Below are positions 19,406-29,667 of a DNA stretch of 64,000 bases, piece after piece. The stretch's first letter is position 1; each line of letters opens with the position of its first letter. A program made the position numbers and the translations under genes. The notes under the pieces were generated by a model. That model saw nothing but the letters and a program-made list of their open reading frames with translations, was not told the DNA's origin and searched no databases. Source of the stretch: an uncultured bacterium (lineage in GTDB: Bacteria; Oederibacteriota; Oederibacteriia; Oederibacteriales; Oederibacteriaceae); contig OZ218778.1 of assembly GCA_965112635.1 (NCBI GenBank), forward strand, positions 928,001-992,000, given 5' to 3'.

Positions 19406-20688
19406 GCAAAGAGACTTTTTTGTGGTCAGAGCTGATACAGGAAAAACGGTTCAGGGAGTGCGTTCACTGCGGGTTTTGCCTGGCCAGCTGCCCCACCTAC
19501 CGCCTGACCGAAAGGGAAATGGATTCTCCCCGGGGCAGGATCTACGCCATGAACGCCGTGTCCAGCGACAGGTTTGGTTTGACCTCCCCGATTGTCCGGC
19601 ATCTTGACCTGTGCCTGGGCTGCCGTGCCTGCGAAACAGCCTGTCCTTCGGGGGTCCGCTACGGCCAGATCATTGAAGCGGGCCACATCGTGGTCCAGCG
19701 CGACGCCAGACGCAACCTTATGCAAAAATTCATTCAGATGTTCTTTTTTGATTTTCTCCTGCCCTATCCGGAGAGGCTGAGACTGATGCTCTGGCCCATC
19801 CAGATCTGGAGCCGGGTGCCGATGAAATTAAAAAAGGCTGTTACTATTTTTGTTCCCGCAGCGCTGCGGCCGTTCCTGTTCCTGGCTCCTTCTCCCAAAA
19901 AGAAGGAGGCAGCCCCGGCCTTTCCCGCACTCTACACTCCCGGAAAAGCCAAAAAAAAGGTGGGGCTTTTGCGGGGCTGCGTGGCCAGCCTGTTCTTTGA
20001 CGAGACCAACAAGGCCACCGTACGGGTGCTGGCCAAGAACGGGTGCGAGGTGTTTATCCCTAAAAAGGCGGTCTGCTGCGGGGCGCTGCCTCTGCATACC
20101 GGCAACCTGGAGCTGGCCAAAAAAATGGCCAGAAGAAATATCGATGATTTCAGCGGACAGGGACTGGACGCCGTGATCGTCAACGCGGCAGGGTGCGGGG
20201 CGGCTATGAAAGAATACGACCACCTGCTGCGGGATGATCCGCAATACAAGGAAAAGGCCAAAGAATTCAGCGCCAAAGTCAAAGACATCACCGAATTCCT
20301 GGTGGACCTTCCTTTCGTGAAGCCCACAAAACCCCTTCCTTTTAAAGTGACCTATCACGAGGCCTGCCATTTGTGCCACGCCCAGGGCATCCGCAGGCAG
20401 CCCCGGGAGATCCTCCAGGCGATCCCGGGACTCACCCTGGTCGAAATGACGGACAGCGACTGGTGCTGCGGCAGCGCCGGCACTTATAACCTGCTCCAGC
20501 CGGAGATGGCGGACCAGCTGCTGGGCCAAAAGCTGGAGTCGATTTTGGCTACCCAGGCGGACTTTGTGGCCACGGGCAATCCGGGCTGCAACCTGCAGAT
20601 CAGCAAGGGTCTGGAAGAATGCGGGTCCAAGATCCAGGTGGAACATCCAGTGGTCCTGCTGGACAGGGCTTACGACTATAACCATTAG
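19402..20688 (+). CDS. glcF: Glycolate oxidase Fe-S subunit
   Basis: CVHCGFCLASCPTY, CLGCRACETACPSGV and two CCG domains. Confidence 0.9.
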   Translation: MSKETFLWSELIQEKRFRECVHCGFCLASCPTYRLTEREMDSPRGRIYAMNAVSSDRFGLTSPIVRHLDLCLGCRACETACPSGVRYGQIIEAGHIVVQRDARRNLMQKFIQMFFFDFLLPYPERLRLMLWPIQIWSRVPMKLKKAVTIFVPAALRPFLFLAPSPKKKEAAPAFPALYTPGKAKKKVGLLRGCVASLFFDETNKATVRVLAKNGCEVFIPKKAVCCGALPLHTGNLELAKKMARRNIDDFSGQGLDAVIVNAAGCGAAMKEYDHLLRDDPQYKEKAKEFSAKVKDITEFLVDLPFVKPTKPLPFKVTYHEACHLCHAQGIRRQPREILQAIPGLTLVEMTDSDWCCGSAGTYNLLQPEMADQLLGQKLESILATQADFVATGNPGCNLQISKGLEECGSKIQVEHPVVLLDRAYDYNH

Positions 20689-20772
20689 TTTTCTTCATCC
20701 AACAAACAAAAAACACACGGGAGATGGCTTACGGCATATATCCTATTTACCCTGATCTATCTTCTTTACTAT

Positions 20773-21876
20773 GTGGGGTTGGTCAAAAGCGCCATCGCCT
20801 TCGCCAATATGACCATGACCGCCCTGGTGACCATGGCTTCTAAAAGCTTTTGTTTGATGATGTGGATCTGTTTCCTGGTCTGCGGCCATTTGCTCAGCGT
20901 TTCCGGGGTCAACAGCCCGGTCCTCCTGTGGCGCGTCCTTTCGCTGGTATGGTTTGGCGTCTTCATCATCCCGGCGATTTTCTTTGTTCTCAAGTTCCTC
21001 TGGAATATTTTCCTGCGCAGGAAACGCATCGTGCCCCATATCCACAGCAGCGATATCACGGGGGAGTTCAGGCCTGTGCCCACTCCCGATCTTTTCAAGC
21101 CGCCTTTTGCGTTCCTGAGAAAGATCGGTCTGCGAAACGAGCATCATTACCCTGTTTTTTTACGGCACGAATTGTTCTTCAAGGACCTGCCCAAAGCTTT
21201 TGACGGGTTCGCCTTTATCCATTTGAGCGATCTCCATTATGTGGGGGAATTTTCAGGCGCTTATTACGCCCAGCTGGCCCGGTGGGTTCGCCAGATCAAG
21301 GCATCCACTATCCTGATGACCGGGGATTTTGTGTCCCGGGTGAGGGATATCCCAAAATGCGAAAAATGGATCAGGCAGCTCACCCGGGACCACCGCGTGA
21401 TCGGGGTTTTGGGCAATCATGATTACTGGACCCACGTGAAGACCGTCACCCAGGCCATGCGCCGGGGAGGGGTGGAGCTTCTGGTCAACCAGAGGACCTT
21501 GATCAAAAAAGGCGGCCAATCCCTGATGATCATCGGGCTGGACGACCTTTGGAAAGGCCTCAAGGCACCCGCGAGTTTGTGGGAAGGCAAGGGGTTCAAA
21601 ATAGTCCTGGCCCACACGCCGGACCAGTTAAGGGAATCCGTGGGCAAAAGCGTTGAGATGCAGTTGAGCGGGCACACCCACGCCGGGCAAATACGCTTTC
21701 CCTTGATCGGTCCTATTTTTATCCCCTCGCTTTACAGCCGTAAGTTCGACCGTGGTTTTTTTCAACTCCAGCATATACTGCTTTACGTGAGCCAGGGCAT
21801 TGGGGGCTTGCCGCCTTTCCGCCTCAACTGCAGACCCGAGATATCCACCTTTGTTCTTAGAAGAAAAAAAGCCTAG
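20773..21876 (+). CDS. Membrane-anchored metallophosphoesterase (YkuE/YaeI-like); start uncertain
   Basis: SDLH, TGD, GNHD and SGHTH motifs; N-terminal TM helices. Confidence 0.85.
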   Translation: MGLVKSAIAFANMTMTALVTMASKSFCLMMWICFLVCGHLLSVSGVNSPVLLWRVLSLVWFGVFIIPAIFFVLKFLWNIFLRRKRIVPHIHSSDITGEFRPVPTPDLFKPPFAFLRKIGLRNEHHYPVFLRHELFFKDLPKAFDGFAFIHLSDLHYVGEFSGAYYAQLARWVRQIKASTILMTGDFVSRVRDIPKCEKWIRQLTRDHRVIGVLGNHDYWTHVKTVTQAMRRGGVELLVNQRTLIKKGGQSLMIIGLDDLWKGLKAPASLWEGKGFKIVLAHTPDQLRESVGKSVEMQLSGHTHAGQIRFPLIGPIFIPSLYSRKFDRGFFQLQHILLYVSQGIGGLPPFRLNCRPEISTFVLRRKKA

Positions 21877-21884
21877 GTCCAGCG

Positions 21885-22976
21885 ATGACCCTCAACGAAC
21901 AAGTTAAGAGCCTGGCCAAACAACTTGGGTTTACGATGACCGGAGTGGTCCCTGCGGCCAAAGCAGGGCGGGACCATGCCAAAGTCCAGGCCTGGGTCGA
22001 GCAAGGGTTTTCCGCGGGCATGCAGTATATGCAGAATTTTTTCAAGCGGGCGGACCTTCTCCGAGACAAGCTATCCCCAGCCGGTCATATTATTTCCCTG
22101 GCGGTGCCTTATGGCGGAGAAGTTTTGGGCCCGCGGTCTAACCACAAGGCCGGCGCAGGACGGATTGGCCGCTATGCCCTGGGCCAAGATTACCACCAGG
22201 CCGTCCTGGCCAAGATGGAGGAGCTCCTAGGGCTCATCCGGCAAGCCTACGGCCAGCCTTTTTATGCCGCGGCTTTTGTGGACACGGCGGCGCTTTTGGA
22301 GCGCTCCCTGGCTGAACAGGCCGGGATCGGCTTTATCGGCAAGAACAATTGCCTGATCATCCCGGGACAGGGTTCCTTTTGCACTCTTTCGGAAATCGCC
22401 ACCGACCTTCCCCTGAAAGACGACCAGCCTTTAGCGCAGACGGAGAACAAAAAGTATGTGGGCTGCGGTTCCTGCGACCGGTGCGTCAAAGCCTGCCCGA
22501 CCGGCGCGTTGGCCAAACCTTACCAGTTGGACGCGGGGAAGTGCATCGCTTATCTGACCATCGAGAATAAAGGAGCCATTTCAGAGGAGTGGCGGCCCAA
22601 GATGGGGAACTGGGTCTATGGATGCGACGTGTGCCAGGAGGTTTGCCCATACAATCAAATCGGGAACCCAAGGCCAAAAGGGCAGGCTGTCTTTTTCCCG
22701 GAGGGTCCGTGGCTTGACCTCAAGACGGTCTTGGGCCTTGAGAATGAGGAAAGTTTTTCAAGATATTTTAAGGGGTCGGCGATCTTGAGGCCAAAAAGGA
22801 AAGGGCTCTTGAGGAACGCCTGCGTGGTCGCGGGGAACAGCCAGGACCTCGGCCTTGTTCCTATCCTGGAAGGCCTAAAGGAGAAAGACCCGGAACCCCT
22901 GGTCCGGGAACATGCGGTCTGGGCTTTGGGACGACTGAATGCAGGGAAAGTTCCCGGTAAGAGCTTGGAAAATTAA
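21885..22976 (+). CDS. queG: Epoxyqueuosine reductase
   Basis: RYALGQDYH, VDT..LLER, CGSCDRC..ACPT, GCDVCQEVCP and EHA.WAL motifs. Confidence 0.93.
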   Translation: MTLNEQVKSLAKQLGFTMTGVVPAAKAGRDHAKVQAWVEQGFSAGMQYMQNFFKRADLLRDKLSPAGHIISLAVPYGGEVLGPRSNHKAGAGRIGRYALGQDYHQAVLAKMEELLGLIRQAYGQPFYAAAFVDTAALLERSLAEQAGIGFIGKNNCLIIPGQGSFCTLSEIATDLPLKDDQPLAQTENKKYVGCGSCDRCVKACPTGALAKPYQLDAGKCIAYLTIENKGAISEEWRPKMGNWVYGCDVCQEVCPYNQIGNPRPKGQAVFFPEGPWLDLKTVLGLENEESFSRYFKGSAILRPKRKGLLRNACVVAGNSQDLGLVPILEGLKEKDPEPLVREHAVWALGRLNAGKVPGKSLEN

Positions 22977-23041
22977 TCCAAAAAAACAGCTCTGTTTTGA
23001 TATGATAGGCCAAGGTTTTTTATCCTACCCGGAAGGCTATT

Positions 23042-23734
23042 ATGCACGAAAGACGATTAAAAATATTTTTATTCTTATTGTTCATGCTGGTGCTTTTTTG
23101 CTTCTTTTATTTCGGGGTACCGAAATATTTGACCTTCGAGAACATCAAGAACAGCCAGGACGATCTTGTTGATTATTACGGGGACCACACCTATTTTGCC
23201 CTTCTTGTCTTTTTCATGATCTGCACCGCCTGGACCGCGTTCTCTTTCCCGGTCCCGCTTCTGCTCACCATCACCGGAGGGGCTATCTTCGGGATCGCCG
23301 TGACCGTGCCGCTGGCTGTCCTGTCCGTGGCCCTGGGCGGGACCATGGCCTTTCTTTCCTCAAGGTATATTTTTGGAAAGCTGGTCGGGGACAAGTTTGG
23401 GGGCCATTTGAAAGCTTTTGAGGAAGAGATAGAACGGAACGGGGTTTATTATCTTTTGTTCGTCAGGCTGATCCCGGGGGTCCCGTACTTTTTGGTCAAT
23501 ATCCTGGCCGGGGTCACCCGGGTCAAATCCATGACTTTTTTCTGGACGACCCTGGTCGGGCTGATCCCGCTCGTGGTCATTGAGGCCAACGCGGGCCAGC
23601 AGCTGGCCAATATTGACTCTCCCGAGGAGATCTTCACGCCGGGGATCATGATCTCTTTGGGATTGCTGGGAGTGATCTCGATCCTGCCGGTGCTCTACAG
23701 GAAAATCAAGAGGAAGAAACCCGCCGCTGCCTAG
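23042..23734 (+). CDS. TVP38/TMEM64 (DedA/VTT) membrane protein
   Basis: GGAIFG and RLIPGVPYFLVN motifs; multiple TM helices. Confidence 0.88.
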   Translation: MHERRLKIFLFLLFMLVLFCFFYFGVPKYLTFENIKNSQDDLVDYYGDHTYFALLVFFMICTAWTAFSFPVPLLLTITGGAIFGIAVTVPLAVLSVALGGTMAFLSSRYIFGKLVGDKFGGHLKAFEEEIERNGVYYLLFVRLIPGVPYFLVNILAGVTRVKSMTFFWTTLVGLIPLVVIEANAGQQLANIDSPEEIFTPGIMISLGLLGVISILPVLYRKIKRKKPAAA

Positions 23735-23753
23735 CGACTGGAACCGCTCGCCT

Positions 23754-24599
23754 TTAAACCCCGCTAAAAGCGCTGAATCCGCCATCCACCGGCACCACGA
23801 TCCCGTTGATAAAGCTCGCGCCCGGGCTGCAAAGCCAGACCAGGGTGTTGACCAGCTCCTCGGCCTCTCCGAAACGGCCTGTGGGGGTGTGGTTGATGAT
23901 GGTCTGGCCCCTTGGGGTGAGGCTGCCGTCGGGGTTGGTGAGGAGGGACCTGTTCTGTTCGCCGATGAAAAAACCGGGGGCGATGGCGTTGACCCTGATG
24001 CCCGGTCCGTATTTTTGGGCCAGGTCCGTGGAAAGCCATTTGGTGAAGTTTTCCACCGCGGCCTTGGCCGCGGAGTAGCCCACCACCCTGGTCAGGGGGC
24101 GGGACGCGTTCATCGAGGAGATGTTGACGATGCAGCCTTTTTTGGACCCTGTTTTACCCGTGGAAAAGCCGGTCAACACCGGCCCAAAGACCAGGGTGGG
24201 CAGGATGGTGCCGAACAGATTGAGCTCCACCACGTCCCTTAAAGCCTGGATCGGCACGTCAAAAATATGGCCGTCCGGAGGAAGGGTCGCAGCGGGCTTG
24301 TTGCCGCCGGCCGCGTTGACCAGGATGTCCACCTTGCCCCATTTGGCAAGGACGATGTCGCGGGCCTTTTCCAGCTGAGCTTTGTCCAGCACAGAGGCCG
24401 GGAGGGGGATGGCCTCACTGCCCTCTTTTTGTATCTCTGCGGCCACTTCGTTATAGCGGTCGATGGCCAGAAGCCCCACTTTGGCGCCGGCCAGGGCCAA
24501 TCCTTTGGCCATATGGGTGCCCAAGACGCCCGTGCTGCCGGTCACAACCGCGACCTGACCTTCTAGGCTGAACTGCTTTTTCAGAAAATCTTCCAACAT
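23754..24599 (-). CDS. SDR oxidoreductase, probably D-mannonate oxidoreductase
   Basis: TGSTGVLG, NAAGGN, YSAAK and VPVDGGFSAFSGV motifs; downstream of uxaC. Confidence 0.85.
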   Translation of the reverse strand: MLEDFLKKQFSLEGQVAVVTGSTGVLGTHMAKGLALAGAKVGLLAIDRYNEVAAEIQKEGSEAIPLPASVLDKAQLEKARDIVLAKWGKVDILVNAAGGNKPAATLPPDGHIFDVPIQALRDVVELNLFGTILPTLVFGPVLTGFSTGKTGSKKGCIVNISSMNASRPLTRVVGYSAAKAAVENFTKWLSTDLAQKYGPGIRVNAIAPGFFIGEQNRSLLTNPDGSLTPRGQTIINHTPTGRFGEAEELVNTLVWLCSPGASFINGIVVPVDGGFSAFSGV

Positions 24600-24614
24600 G
24601 GTTTTCTCCTTTTC

Positions 24615-26036
24615 TCAATCTAGGCGGTAGGCTTTTTTAGCCAGCGTGTAGGCGAAAGCTTCGGCCAGTTCAGGCGCCTGCTCCCTGTCGATAAGTCCGT
24701 GAACGACCTGTCCGGCCAGCCAGTTGCAGGTGACCCGGCGCCAGACGTCGTGACGCGCCGGGATAGAAGCGAAGGCGCGGGTGTCGTCGTTGAACCCGGC
24801 GGTGTTATAGATGCCGGCGGTCTCCACAACCTGGTCCAGGTAACGTTGCATCCCATTGACGCTGTCATGGAACCACCAGGGCGGGCCCAGGACCAGGGCC
24901 GGGTAGTGCCCGGCCAGGGTGGCCAGCTCACGGCTGTAATTGGTCTCGTCGAGGGTGAACAGGATGAGCTTTAAGCGGGTGTCCGAGCCGTAGGTGTTCA
25001 AAAGTTTATGGAGGTTGTGGGTCCATTCGACCTGGACCGGGATGTCCGCGCCCTTGTCCAAGCCAAAACGGTTATAGACGGAACGGTTGTGGTTGCGGAA
25101 ACTGCCGACATGCAGCTGCATGACCAATCCGTCCTCGCAACTCATCCGGGCGAACTCCATCAGCATGTGGGCGGTGAAGCGGGCGGCATCATCCTTTTCC
25201 AGCCTGCCTTTAAGAGCGTGCTGGAAAATGTTCTCCGCCTCCGGGTCCGACAGGCGCTCCGTATAGGGGGCCAGGGCCGCGTGGTCCGTGGCCACAGCGC
25301 CGTTTTGTTGGAAAAAGGCCCGCCGGTCCTCTATGGCTTTGATGAACTTTTTATAACTGTCCACGGCGGTCCCCGTGACTTCGCTCAAATGCTGGATATT
25401 GTTCAGCCACCCTTTCATGTCCAGGTTGACTACGGCATCCGGCCTGAAACAAGGGAGGACCCTGCCTTTGCCCAAGGCTTTTTGTATCTTCCGGTGCTCC
25501 TCCAGGGTGTCTGTGGCAGGGTCCGTGGTGCTCATGACCTCTATCTTGAACTTTTTGAACAGAGCCCTGGGACTGTAAGCGGGGCTCGCCAGTTTTTCCT
25601 GCAATTCATCATAGAGAATCCGGGCATTCTTAGGGCTGGGTTTTTCTTTGATCCCAAAAACATTAATGAGTTCGTCGGAGATCCACAGGCCGCTGGGCGT
25701 GCCGGCGAAAAGATGAAAATTTTCGGCGAAGAGCTGCCAGATGCGGCGGTGGTCGGTTTCCACCGCAGAGCCATCCTGGCTAGGGACTCCCAGGCGCTCC
25801 ATCGGGATGCCTTGGCTAAAGAGCATCCGGAAAACATAGTGGTCGGGGATGATGAACATTTGGGCCGGTGTGCCGAAGGTGGCTTTTTCAGCGGCCAAAA
25901 GGCCAGGGCTCACGTGCCCATGCGGGCTTATGATGGGAAGGGATTTTACCTTGGAATAAAGCTGGCGGGTCAGCTTGCGCTGGGACGGCTCCGGGTCAAA
26001 ACAACGGTCTGGGGAAAGCTGCCAGGTCTTTTTCAT
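24615..26036 (-). CDS. uxaC: Glucuronate isomerase
   Basis: LPIISPHGH, PDHY, LGPPWWFHDS and GFNDDTRAF.SIPARHD motifs; start placed at ATG 26036. Confidence 0.93.
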   Translation of the reverse strand: MKKTWQLSPDRCFDPEPSQRKLTRQLYSKVKSLPIISPHGHVSPGLLAAEKATFGTPAQMFIIPDHYVFRMLFSQGIPMERLGVPSQDGSAVETDHRRIWQLFAENFHLFAGTPSGLWISDELINVFGIKEKPSPKNARILYDELQEKLASPAYSPRALFKKFKIEVMSTTDPATDTLEEHRKIQKALGKGRVLPCFRPDAVVNLDMKGWLNNIQHLSEVTGTAVDSYKKFIKAIEDRRAFFQQNGAVATDHAALAPYTERLSDPEAENIFQHALKGRLEKDDAARFTAHMLMEFARMSCEDGLVMQLHVGSFRNHNRSVYNRFGLDKGADIPVQVEWTHNLHKLLNTYGSDTRLKLILFTLDETNYSRELATLAGHYPALVLGPPWWFHDSVNGMQRYLDQVVETAGIYNTAGFNDDTRAFASIPARHDVWRRVTCNWLAGQVVHGLIDREQAPELAEAFAYTLAKKAYRLD

Positions 26037-26185
26037 GAAAAGAGAATAACATTCTCCGGAATGACCTGTAAAGATGGTGTTTCTTTTCTCTTTAGACGCT
26101 GGTGGGTTTACGCCTTTTTTCATATCAGATTCAGTGCCCTATGATAGGATATTTTTATTCGTGAGCAACCCGAGAAAGGCAAAAA

Positions 26186-27067
26186 GTGCAAACCAACCCT
26201 GCTGTTTTGGAGAGGCGCTCCTGGACGCCCAGCCAGGCGTTCAGCTACTGCGAGTGGCTCACCAAACACCATTACGAGAACTTCCCGGTCGGGTCCTTTT
26301 TTATCCCCAGAGAAAAAAGGCCTTATGTCTGGAGCGTCTATGCGTTTGCCCGGATCGCTGATGATTACGCGGATGAGCTCATCTATAAAGGAAAGAGGCT
26401 GGTTAATCTACAGGAGTGGCAAAAAAAGCTGGCCCTTTGCTCCAAAGGCCAAGCCAAGCACCCGGTTTTCATAGCGCTGGGGCAGACCATCAGGAAATTC
26501 TCCCTGCCGGTATCCTTATTGCGGGACCTTTTGACCGCTTTTGAGATGGATGTGAAAAAAAAGCGATACAAAACCTTTCGGGAGGTGCTGCATTACTGCT
26601 GCTATTCAGCCAACCCCGTGGGACGGCTGGTCCTGCTCCTTTTCGGCATCAAGAACTCGAAGCTTTTCAAATATTCGGATTCCATCTGCACGGGCCTGCA
26701 ACTGGCCAATTTCTGGCAGGATGTGGGCGTGGACCTGGAAAAAGACAGGATCTACCTGCCCCAGGAGGACCTGATAAAATTCGGTTACAGCGAAAAAGAC
26801 CTTTTTAAGCGGGTGGGGGACCAGAGATTCATCCGGCTGATGCAGTTCCAGGTCGACAGGACCAGAAAGATTTTTTTGGCCGGCCGGCCTCTCCTGAAAT
26901 TTCTGAAAGGCAGGTTGAAATTTGAGATCAAGCTGACCTGGCTGGGAGGGAACAAGATATTGGATAAGGTCCAGAGGCATCCTGCTTCTGTTTTCAGCCA
27001 TCGTTCCATCATCGGCCTTTCCGACAAGATGGACATCCTTTGCAAAGCGCTGAGCCAAAAGGACTGA
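26186..27067 (+). CDS. hpnC: Hydroxysqualene synthase HpnC
   Basis: HYENFPVGS, AR.ADD.ADE, SANPVGR and LQLANFWQD motifs. Confidence 0.92.
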   Translation: MQTNPAVLERRSWTPSQAFSYCEWLTKHHYENFPVGSFFIPREKRPYVWSVYAFARIADDYADELIYKGKRLVNLQEWQKKLALCSKGQAKHPVFIALGQTIRKFSLPVSLLRDLLTAFEMDVKKKRYKTFREVLHYCCYSANPVGRLVLLLFGIKNSKLFKYSDSICTGLQLANFWQDVGVDLEKDRIYLPQEDLIKFGYSEKDLFKRVGDQRFIRLMQFQVDRTRKIFLAGRPLLKFLKGRLKFEIKLTWLGGNKILDKVQRHPASVFSHRSIIGLSDKMDILCKALSQKD

Positions 27068-27070
27068 GCA

Positions 27071-27895
27071 ATGACAGGCAACCAAGAGACCATCCGCCGC
27101 ACCAGCAATTTTTACCCTTCCTTCGGGCTCCTGCCGTCCCGGGCTCACCGGGCCCTGGGGACCCTCTATGATTTTTGCCGGGAGAGCGACGACCGAGTGG
27201 ACGCGGACCTGCCGGTCCCCAAGAGGCGGAAGCTTTTAAGGGAATGGGAAAAAGAGCTCAAACGGTGTTACCACGGTGAACCCGAGCACCCTGTCGCCAA
27301 GGCGCTGCAGTCCTTGCTGCAGGAATTTCCCATACCCCAGAAATATTTTGAGGACCTTCTGCGCGGTATGGCCATGGACCTGGACCGGAGGCGGTACCCC
27401 ACCTTTAAAGCGCTAGCCTTATATTTTTACCGGGTTGCCGGGGTCGTGGGCCTGATGTGTCTCAAGGTTTTCGGGGTCAGCGAAACCGCGGGCAGAGCCT
27501 ACGCCCTCCATCTGGCCACGGCGCTGCAGCTGACCAATATCATCCGTGATGTCAGGACCGACCTTATAATGGAAAGGATCTATTTCCCTCTGGAGGATTT
27601 CAAGCGTCTGGGTTATTCCCTGGAGGATTACCGGCAAGGCGTATGGAACAAAGAGGCGGAAAAATTCTTTTCTTTTCAAATCCAGAGGGCCAAAGGATAT
27701 TTTGAGTCAGCCCGGCATCGTTTACCCGTCCAGGAAAGGAAAAAGATCCGAGCCGCGCGGGTCATGGGGATCATTTACGAGAAGATCCTCAATAAGATCG
27801 CCAAAGACCCGCAGAGGATTTTCCGCGGAAAGGTCAGCATTTCCAAGTGGGCGAAGTTCACCGCGGTGCTGCAAGCCGTTTTCACCAGCCGTTAA
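27071..27895 (+). CDS. hpnD: Presqualene diphosphate synthase HpnD
   Basis: SNFY, YDFCRESDD, YRVAGVVG and ALQLTNIIRDV motifs. Confidence 0.9.
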   Translation: MTGNQETIRRTSNFYPSFGLLPSRAHRALGTLYDFCRESDDRVDADLPVPKRRKLLREWEKELKRCYHGEPEHPVAKALQSLLQEFPIPQKYFEDLLRGMAMDLDRRRYPTFKALALYFYRVAGVVGLMCLKVFGVSETAGRAYALHLATALQLTNIIRDVRTDLIMERIYFPLEDFKRLGYSLEDYRQGVWNKEAEKFFSFQIQRAKGYFESARHRLPVQERKKIRAARVMGIIYEKILNKIAKDPQRIFRGKVSISKWAKFTAVLQAVFTSR

Positions 27896-27938
27896 AAGAG
27901 CGCTGGATCCAGGCAACCGGTTAAGAGGAAGAGGTTAG

Positions 27939-29267
27939 ATGGCAAGAGATCCAGAAGCCATTATTGTGGGGGCGGGATTGGCCGGGCTGGCCGCCGGCGT
28001 GGACCTGGCTGAGCAGGGGATCAAGGTGCTGGTCCTGGAAAAAAGGGAGACGCTCGGGGGCCGGGCCAGTTCTTTTAAGGACCCTAAAACCGGCCAAAGC
28101 GTGGACAACGGCCAGCATCTTTTTATGGGATGCTACACCCAGACCCTGGAATTCTTTAATAAGATCCAGGCCCTGGATAAACTGGAGTTCCAGAAAACCC
28201 TTCTTTTGAACTATTTTGAGCCCGGAGGCAGACAAAGCCATCTTGCTTGTCCGAACCTTCCAGCGCCTTTACATCTGTTGTGGGGCCTGCTTAGTTTTAA
28301 GCCTCTTACTTTTTTCTCCAAAGTCGCGGTCTTCAGGGCAGGATCAAAGCTGTCCAGGGGAAACACAGGCAGCGCCAAAACCGTGAGAGAGTGGCTGGAG
28401 CAGGAAAAACAACCGCAGGCAACCAGAAAATATTTTTGGGAACCCCTGGTCCTGGCCACGCTCAATACCGGCCTGCAAAGAGCTTCAGTGAGACTTTTGG
28501 CCACGGTCCTCAAGGCGGGGGTTATGGCCGGCGGAAAATATTCCAGGCTGGGATTTGCCAGAACAGGTTTGAGCCAACTTTACGCCGAGGGCGCCAAAAA
28601 GTTCATTGAGGACAGGGGAGGACGCGTGGAAAGCAAGGCCTCGGTCCAAAACTTCGTGGTCAGCAAGAGCCGGGTCGTTGGGATTAAAATGTACGGGGGC
28701 CGAGTGCTTCCGTGCCCTGCTGTCATCAGCAGCGTGACCCCACATGACCTGCGATCCTTGCTGCCCGTTTCCCTGCAAACCTCCGGCCAGCCTTTCCACT
28801 ATCTCAAAGGTTTACACTCCTCGGCTATCCTGTCGGTGCATCTTTGGCTGGACCGGGAGGCTGTCCCGCTGGAATGGGCAGGGATGCTGGGTACCAGCGT
28901 GCAGTGGATCTTTAACAAAAAGCGTATGTTCCGGCAGGCGGAAGGGGATTATCTTTCGTTGGTCATCAGCGACGCGGACAAGTTCATGAGGATGAAGAGC
29001 AGCGACATCGCAGCGTTGGCCGTAAAAGACCTCCAAAAAGTTTTTAGCAGCGCCAGGGGAGCCAGGGTTTTGCGCCACTGGGTGGTCAAAGAACCTTTTG
29101 CGACCCTTTCCGCCGACCCCAAGGTGCAAGCGCTCAGGCCCGGATGCCGGACCAACCTAAAAAATCTTTTCCTGGCCGGCGACTGGACCGATACCGGTCT
29201 GCCAGCCACCATGGAGAGCGCAGTAAAAAGCGGCAGGATTGCGGCCAAAGCGGTCATGGACAGGTAG
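27939..29267 (+). CDS. hpnE: Hydroxysqualene dehydroxylase HpnE
   Basis: GAGLAGL, GGRASSF, DNGQHL and AGDWTDTGLPATMESAVKSG motifs. Confidence 0.92.
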   Translation: MARDPEAIIVGAGLAGLAAGVDLAEQGIKVLVLEKRETLGGRASSFKDPKTGQSVDNGQHLFMGCYTQTLEFFNKIQALDKLEFQKTLLLNYFEPGGRQSHLACPNLPAPLHLLWGLLSFKPLTFFSKVAVFRAGSKLSRGNTGSAKTVREWLEQEKQPQATRKYFWEPLVLATLNTGLQRASVRLLATVLKAGVMAGGKYSRLGFARTGLSQLYAEGAKKFIEDRGGRVESKASVQNFVVSKSRVVGIKMYGGRVLPCPAVISSVTPHDLRSLLPVSLQTSGQPFHYLKGLHSSAILSVHLWLDREAVPLEWAGMLGTSVQWIFNKKRMFRQAEGDYLSLVISDADKFMRMKSSDIAALAVKDLQKVFSSARGARVLRHWVVKEPFATLSADPKVQALRPGCRTNLKNLFLAGDWTDTGLPATMESAVKSGRIAAKAVMDR

Positions 29268-29339
29268 TTTTTTAAAATGTTAAAATATGTTAGATTATGG
29301 CTGGTTTAACATCGCTTTGTAAAGGAACAGGAGAGAACG

Positions 29340-29666
29340 TTGGCTAAAAGCACAAGACGAAGCGTTTCGAAGAGCAAGGGAGAACTGCTCAACGGGAAGA
29401 TGAGGCGGTTTTTTCTGGGCATTTTCAGGCCCCTTTATATCAAGCGGCAGATGGCCCTGCGCCGGGGAGCGTGCAAAAGGTGCGGCAACTGCTGCGCGAT
29501 CGCCTTTAGCTGCCCGTTTTTAAAGACCGCAGATGGCATCACGGCCTGCGCCATATACGGTTTTCGTCCTTCCCAGTGCGCCCTGTTCCCCATTGACGAA
29601 CGGGACCTGGCAGAAATACCCAAGGGATGCGGATTTTATTTTAAAGCCGGGAAAAAGAGGGTTTAA
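29340..29666 (+). CDS. Small Cys-rich YkgJ-like (Fe-S/Zn) protein
   Basis: C..CGNCC, CPFL and CAIY..RP.QC..FP motifs. Confidence 0.65.
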   Translation: MAKSTRRSVSKSKGELLNGKMRRFFLGIFRPLYIKRQMALRRGACKRCGNCCAIAFSCPFLKTADGITACAIYGFRPSQCALFPIDERDLAEIPKGCGFYFKAGKKRV

Positions 29667-29667
29667 C

